Below are positions 59,951 through 64,000 of a DNA stretch of 64,000 nucleotides, one piece after another. This stretch comes from Vairimorpha necatrix (Eukaryota). Where the stretch lies: contig CP142737.1 of the NCBI GenBank assembly GCA_036630325.1, positions 434,001 through 498,000 on the forward strand, in the 5' to 3' direction. The notes beneath the pieces are model-generated. The model saw only the letters and a program-made list of their open reading frames with translations, was not told the DNA's origin and did not search any database. A program made the translations under genes and the position numbers. Each line of letters starts with the position of its first letter. The first letter of the stretch is position 1.

Positions 59951-61195
59951 CACCAGGTTGATTCTGCCTGACGTAGACGCTATTCCCTAAGATTAACCCA
60001 TGCATGTTTTTGATATGGAAAAATGGACTGCTCAGTAATACTCACTTTATTTAATGTATTAAATTAGTATAACTGCGTTAAAGTGTAGCATAAGACATAT
60101 ACAGTAAGAGTGAGACCTATCAGCTAGTTGTTAAGGTAATGGCTTAACAAGGCAATGACGGGTAACGGTATTACTTTGTAATATTCCGGAGAAGGAGCCT
60201 GAGAGACGGCTACTAAGTCTAAGGATTGCAGCAGGGGCGAAACTTGACCTATGGATTTTATCTGAGGCAGTTATGGGAAGTAATATTCTATTGTTTCATA
60301 TTGTAAAAGTATATGAGGTGATTAATTGGAGGGCAAATCAAGTGCCAGCAGCCGCGGTAATACTTGTTCCAAGAGTGTGTATGATGATTGATGCAGTTAA
60401 AAAGTCCGTAGTTTATATTTAAGAAGCAATATGAGGTGTACTGTATAGTTGGGAGAGAGATGAAATGTGACGACCCTGACTGGACGAACAGAAGCGAAAG
60501 CTGTACACTTGTATGTATTTTTTGAACAAGGACGTAAGCTGGAGGAGCGAAGATGATTAGATACCATTGTAGTTCCAGCAGTAAACTATGCCGACGATGT
60601 GATATGATATTAATTGTATTAGATGATAGAAATTTGAGTTTTTTGGCTCTGGGGATAGTATGATCGCAAGATTGAAAATTAAAGAAATTGACGGAAGAAT
60701 ACCACAAGGAGTGGATTGTGCGGCTTAATTTGACTCAACGCGAGGTAACTTACCAATATTTTATTATTCAGAGAAGATTTTCGATCTGAGAATGATAATA
60801 GTGGTGCATGGCCGTTTTCAATGGATGCTGTGAAGTTTTGATTAATTTCAACAAGACGTGAGACCCTTTTATTAATAGACAGACACAATCAGTGTAGGAA
60901 GGAAAGGATTAAAACAGGTCCGTTATGCCCTCAGACATTTTGGGCTGCACGCGCAATACAATAGATATATAATCTTTATGGGATAATATTTTGTAAGAGA
61001 TATTTGAACTTGGAATTGCTAGTAAATTTTATTAAATAAGTAGAATTGAATGTGTCCCTGTTCTTTGTACACACCGCCCGTCGCTATCTAAGATGATATG
61101 TGTTGTGAAATTAGTGAAAACTACTTGAACAATATGTATTAGATCTGATATAAGTCGTAACATGGTTGCTGTTGGAGAACCATTAGCAGGATCAT
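59951..61195 (+). rRNA. Small-subunit rRNA, microsporidian (~1245 nt)
   Basis: CACCAGGTTGATTCTGCC start, GTGCCAGCAGCCGCGG, TTGTACACACCGCCCG, AAGTCGTAACATGG, GGATCA end. Confidence 0.98.
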
Positions 61196-61234
61196 AATAA
61201 GTTAAATTTAAATTAATTAGTAATTATTAAATTT
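61196..61234 (+). other. Single short AT-rich ITS
   Basis: About 40 nt, almost all A/T, between SSU and LSU; limits approximate. Confidence 0.8.
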
Positions 61235-62828
61235 ACCCACACATGGGATCAATAGGATACCATAACGATGAAGGTCGTAATAGAATACGAAAGTATATTA
61301 TTTACCTAATTAATATATTTATAATGTATTGATAACCCTTTGAACTTAAGCATATCATTAAAAGGAGGAAAAGAAACTAACTAGGATTTCTTTAGTAGCA
61401 GCGAGTGAACAAGAAATAACCCTCCATTGTAATCCTTAATTGGAGTTGTAAATGGTTTATTCTATTAATTATATTCATAGAGAATATTATATTCGTTATT
61501 AATAGAATAGAATAATGTACTTGAGTAGAGCTGCTTGGTAGTGCAGTTTGAATAAAGGTAGAATGAAATATCTAAGGTTAAATATAATGGTATACCGATA
61601 GAAAATAAGTACTGCGAAGGAACTTGTGAAAATGTGTGGAGTTTAGCCTTATTTTTAAGGACCCGTCTTGAAACACGGACCAAGGAGATTATAATTATAG
61701 CAAGATAAAAATTAAATTTTTTAATCTTTATTAACTTGATTAGTTATAATTATAAGACCCGAAACACAGTGAACTATACATGTTCTGGTTGAAGATAAGC
61801 AACAGTTTATTGGAGGACCATAATCATTCTGACGTGCAAATCGATGATTTAAGATGTGTATAGTGGCGAAAGACCAATCGAACTGTGTGATAGCTGGTTC
61901 ACAGCGAAATGTCTCTCAGGACAGCAGTTATTATTATATAGGACATAGATGTAGGACACTGTTATAGTTTTTTAACTATGAGAAATCTTTAATTCTATGG
62001 AATTATATAAATTAAATTTATATAATGAATCTATTGTATAACTAGTGGGCACATGATTGTAAGAATGATGTGCAAAAAGGGATGAACCTTATGAAACATT
62101 AAATATTCTAAATAGTAGATATTATACCATAAATATGATGAATACATTGAGACAGTAGGGCGGTTGTTATGGAAGTAGAAATCCGCTAAGAAACGTGTTA
62201 CAACGTACCTACCGAATGTATTATTGTATAAAATGGAAGAAGATTACTACTTTTATGAGATGTTTCTAATAAATATTTAGGTAGCTGTGCAATTTGTTTG
62301 TATTGAAGTATATATGTGAGTATATATAGAAGAAACAAATGAGCCGATCTTGGAGGCAGTAACAATATATTTGTATAGATATAGACTAGGGTTTTCAATT
62401 ATTATTGAAGTGAATCGGTGTTATTTATAAAAACAAAAAAGATTAATAATTCTTTATTAAATTATTATAAGGTAACTTGATAATGACAGTATATTTCAAT
62501 AAATTTAAGATAAATGAATTAAATTTTATTTTAACTATGGATTGTCATGATAAGAAATAGTTAATTATATATACTTGATAAAAATAAAATAATTTTAACC
62601 GTACCTATACCGCATCAGGTGTCTTTGTATCATAACAAATATTTTAAATTAAAGTAAGTAAGGGAATTCGGCAAATTAGATCTGTAACTTTGGGATAAAG
62701 ATTGGCTCTAGCATGCTAGAACTTTTACTATGTAAGGAATCTGACTGTTTATTAAAAACATAGCTTTTTGTATTTACAAGAAGTGAATTCTGCCCAGTGC
62801 ATTTATTGTTAAAGTTGTGTAAGCGAAT

Positions 62829-62881
<53 letters not shown>

Positions 62882-62980
62882 TTAATTGGTGACGCGCATG
62901 AATGGAGCAACGAGATTCCTACTGTCCCTACTTACAATTTTGTGAAACCACGAGACAAGGGAACGGGCTTGTTATTTATC

Positions 62981-63012
<32 letters not shown>

Positions 63013-63447
63013 TTAGTATGTTTTAATAAATATTCGGTATATTGTAGAGAGGTGGGAGAAGTATTGTGAAACCACTAGTATGTTTGAATATTTATTTATT
63101 AGAATATATGGGGAGTTTGGCTGGGGCGGTACAGCTGTTAAAAAGTAACACAGCTGTCCTAAGGTAGATGAATGATGGATGGTAACCATCAGTTTATTAT
63201 AAGGGAATAAATCTGCTTTACTTTATGCATATGACTGTATTTAGTAGGGAAACCTTGGCCTAGCGATCCCAATTACATTCATTATGTATTGGGTGATTGA
63301 AAAGTTACCACAGGGATAACTGGCTTGTAGCAGGCAAGCGATCATAGCGACTCTGCTTTTTGATTCTTCGATGTCGTCTCTTCTGATCATCGTAGTGTAT
63401 ATGTTACGAAGTGTTGGATTGTTCACCCGGTAATGAGGAACGTGAGA

Positions 63448-63489
<42 letters not shown>

Positions 63490-63715
63490 TAAGTATTTTT
63501 GAGTGAACTTTGATAGTACGAGAGGAACTCTAAGTGATGACCACTGGTAGTGCGATTAACTATTAAGTTATGTTGCTTAGCTACGTCGTTTCGATTAAGG
63601 CTGAAAGCCTCTTAAGCCTGAAGCGTAGCTCAAAGATACATTTAGGAGAATACTACTCTTTTAAGCAGAACTGTAAGAATGAAGGTGTATGCCGACATTT
63701 TGAGGTTACTGCTTT
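61235..63715 (+). rRNA. Large-subunit rRNA with fused 5.8S
   Basis: GAACTTAAGCATATCA, ACCCGTCTTGAAACACGGACC, GGTAGCCAAATGCCTCG, CAGGGATAACTGGC, sarcin-ricin loop AGTACGAGAGGAAC; ends approximate. Confidence 0.97.
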
Positions 63716-63747
63716 TTTTTGTATGCATAGTAGGTGTTGTATACTAT

Positions 63748-63910
63748 AAGAGAGCGTACTTTATGTCTAGATTTGGTACCCTTACAAGAGAGCGTCCACG
63801 TCGCGGAGGGTGGGACCGATGTTTTTTTTAACTAGGTGCAAATTTCTAACCCTCCATAAGAGAGCGTCCACGTCGCGGAGGGTGGGACCGATGTTTTTTA
63901 ACTAGGTGCA
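63748..63910. repeat. GC-rich ~70-bp direct repeat downstream of LSU
   Basis: AAGAGAGCGTCCACGTCGCGGAGGGTGGGACCGATG(T)nAACTAGGTGCA at 63786 and 63858; partial copy at 63748. Confidence 0.9.
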
Positions 63911-64000
63911 GATCTCTAAGTCTTACCAACCTTCGGCTGCTGGTTGGTAAGTAGGGTCAGCTATACTCTAGGGGTGGGAGACCCATTGCTGGTGAGAAGG

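Noticed and set aside
60288-63426. Minus-strand ORFs within the rDNA
   Set aside because: Antisense shadows of rRNA with no protein motifs.
63915-64000. Possible 5S rRNA (TGGGAGACC-like motif)
   Set aside because: Only a short match; other 5S motifs are missing and the window ends here.

Overview
AT-rich microsporidian genomic DNA. The SSU rRNA is of Vairimorpha/Nosema type and, from recall, closest to V. necatrix (not verified by search). The window has three zones. (1) 1-12.8 kb: a compact housekeeping block (EF-1alpha, Pom33/TMEM33-like, Mis12-like, PTH2, GT15 mannosyltransferase, Spo11, ValRS, Arp4-like, DPM1), mostly with the microsporidian CCC/GGG motif just before the ATG. (2) About 13-59.9 kb: a transposon-dense zone with three near-complete Ty3/Gypsy elements, four decayed ones, at least 7 solo LTRs bounded by 5-bp TSDs, three Merlin/IS1595-like elements and a FLYWCH-MULE, nested up to five layers deep. 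Two surface-protein genes are embedded (EnP1-like Cys-rich; frameshifted GPI-like). (3) 59.95-64 kb: an SSU-ITS-LSU rDNA unit followed by GC-rich repeats, probably subtelomeric. The most striking signals are in the LTR elements. One group lacks a tRNA primer-binding site and has a perfect 12-bp palindrome 1 nt after the 5' LTR. Its LTRs begin with a terminal hairpin and encode a phase-locked peptide at the U5 end. In all LTR families that could be read, the gag frame starts inside the LTR. One element with 63-bp LTRs carries a second Gag-like gene downstream of pol. All calls come from reading the sequence by eye; no searches were run.
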